Of a DNA stretch of 64,000 nucleotides, positions 62,301 through 64,000 are shown one piece after another. Each line of letters begins with the position of its first letter. The first letter of the stretch is position 1. The notes below the pieces were generated by a model. The model was not told the DNA's origin, made no database searches, and saw nothing but the letters and a program-made list of their open reading frames with translations. This DNA comes from Styela clava (taxonomy: Eukaryota), in assembly GCF_964204865.1 (NCBI RefSeq), contig NC_135263.1, forward strand, positions 16,926,001 through 16,990,000, given 5' to 3'. The position numbers and the translations under genes are program-made.

Positions 62301-63019
62301 ATAGCTGGATGTTAGTTAATAAATTATCTCTTAATGCTAACAAGACTAAATTTGTATTATTCCATCCAAGCAAGCATAAAAGTGTGAGTTGTACAAAACC
62401 ACTGCTGCTCAATGGCAATGAAATTGAAAGAGTGAAAGAAATACAATTTCTAGGAGTTATCTTCGATGAAAATCTGTCTTGGAAATCACACATATTGCAT
62501 GTCATTAGTAAAACAAAAAGAAACTTGGCAGTTACTGCCAAAGTATCCCAGTGTGTTAATCAATCAGCTTTACTAGCAATGTTTCAATCATTACTACTCA
62601 GCCATATCCGATATTGTTGCTCAGTCTGGCTCCATGGTAATAAAACACTTGTCTCAAAATTGCAAAGTATTTGTAATAATTTAAGAATTCTTTTTAGGAA
62701 AGTGTAAACCATTTCTATAAAAAAGCTAAATATACTCAAAGTTGAAGATATAATGAAATTTGAAGTATTATCATTAGTCCATGATTTCCATAGCAATTCC
62801 TTGCCAAACTGCTTCGACGACACACTAACTAAAATTACTTCCAATCGAAGAAGTAGTTCCAACCTGTTCATACCTTTTATGAGTACATCTGTGAGCCAAC
62901 ATGCCTTATGTTATACTGTGCCCAAGCTGTGGAATTCTCTCCCCTTGAATTTGAAGACATTAAAATCCAAAAAATCTTTTCAGAAAAAAGTCAAGTCCTA
63001 CTTGGTATCAAAATATTAA
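59301..63019 (+). mobile_element. CR1/L2-group LINE ORF2 (PHD-APE-RT), decayed
   Basis: PHD (CRNC..CNIC..HLKC..CFLC), APE (NIRS, AINET, GGAVGLY, IYRSP, MGDFN, SDHLP), and RT (NYRPI, QFGFR, FLDISKAFD, GVPQGS, FADDT, FLGV). Frameshifts and a deletion after GSLLGP. Confidence 0.95.
60694..61232 (-). mobile_element. Non-autonomous Helentron/Helitron2-type element (family C) inserted in the LINE
   Basis: On the minus strand: 5' ATTAGGCGTCCCGC, partner GCGGGAAGCCT near the 3' end, hairpin AGCTGC-CC-GCAGCT then CTAG. Inserted in a T-run. Internal ~57-bp repeat at 60731 and 61012. Confidence 0.75.
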
Positions 63020-63164
63020 AATTTATTATTAGAATCACACTGTTATATATTTTTCGTATGTAATTAGCTTCCATTTCAAAAGAAAGACCATGACACAAGT
63101 TGGGACACTCAGCACTTGCACATACTTATGAGAATGTTGAACACCCATAACATTGTTATTGTTT

Positions 63165-63787
63165 CCGAGATTGCTAATTTATTTTTGAACAAGCAGTTGA
63201 GCTCTCTTCATCTGTTTTGCATTCTAGTTGGCCATTTCTTTTGTTCTATAGCATAAGATTTTCCTTAATATGGCTGTTCACATTCTGATATCTGCATGCG
63301 CATGTTTCCTTTTCTTTCAATGTTGGGTTTCTGATATTCCACACGCGTGAACTTTGTTTTCTATTTGGGTGGTGTGATTCTTTGTGAGGGTTGTAGACAG
63401 TAGAATTAAACTCCTGTACCTAATATTGTAATTAGGTGACCAGTCGAGGTATATTTGGATTCTCCCCTATTGTTGTTGTTTCTGAGATTACTAATTAATT
63501 TTGAACAAGCAGTTGAGCTCTCACCATCTGTCTTGCATTCTAGTTGGCCATTTATTTTGTTCTATAGCATAAGATTCTCCTTAATATGGCTGTTCACATT
63601 CGGATATCTGCACGCGCATGTTTCCTCTTTTTTTTCAATGTTGGGTTTCTGATATTCCACATGCGTGAACTTTTTTTTCTGTTTGGGTGGTGTGATTCTT
63701 TGTGAGGGTTGTAGACGGTATAATTTAACTCCTGTACCTAATATTGCAATTAGGTGACCAGTCGAGGTATATTTGGATTCTCCCCTA
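63165..63787. repeat. Two-copy tandem duplication, ~320-bp period
   Basis: GAGATT(G/A)CTAATT..GAACAAGCAGTTGAGCTC...GGATTCTCCCCT repeated downstream of the LINE. Confidence 0.9.
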
Positions 63788-64000
63788 CATTTTAACTTGC
63801 TGTAGTACTATATGCTGTGTCCTGCGTGTGTACGAAGTTTTTATCATTGGTCGAATTTATGCTGTGTATAGCATGCAAATGTGTAAGGGTTAGTGTGATG
63901 TTAATGACTAAGATAATGGCATACATGTGTGTGGTTTGACCGACATCGAAAGGTTTTTGCATGGTTTGTGAACAATTTCTCTTGTGTCCCAACCACAATC

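Overview
This is AT-rich eukaryotic (metazoan) genomic DNA with short GT-AG introns. Gene content and repeat style suggest an invertebrate chordate, probably an ascidian (inference only). The left third (1-20.2 kb) holds four spliced host genes assembled by hand: a short-collagen C-type lectin (collectin-like, +), a Rab8/10/13-type GTPase (+), a TNF-superfamily ligand with a furin site (+) and a DIPK2/DIA1-family secretory pseudokinase most like DIPK2B (-). hAT-type and foldback MITEs lie between and within them. The right two thirds (about 21-64 kb) is a gene-free, nested transposon and virus graveyard. It contains a decayed Ty3/Gypsy element, a piggyBac remnant, several non-coding LTR elements, Helentron-type non-autonomous elements and a CR1/L2-type LINE. 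It also contains a TIR- and TSD-bounded defective Polinton/Maverick (pPolB, core-like protein, major capsid, adenain protease) whose two ends both carry the PolB 3' end, and a Gypsy element with a herpesvirus gB-like (class III) env followed by a second, different gB-like env remnant. All orientable retroelement remnants point the same way (+). Everything was read by eye. Family assignments rest on remembered motifs, not database searches, and coordinates of decayed elements are approximate.
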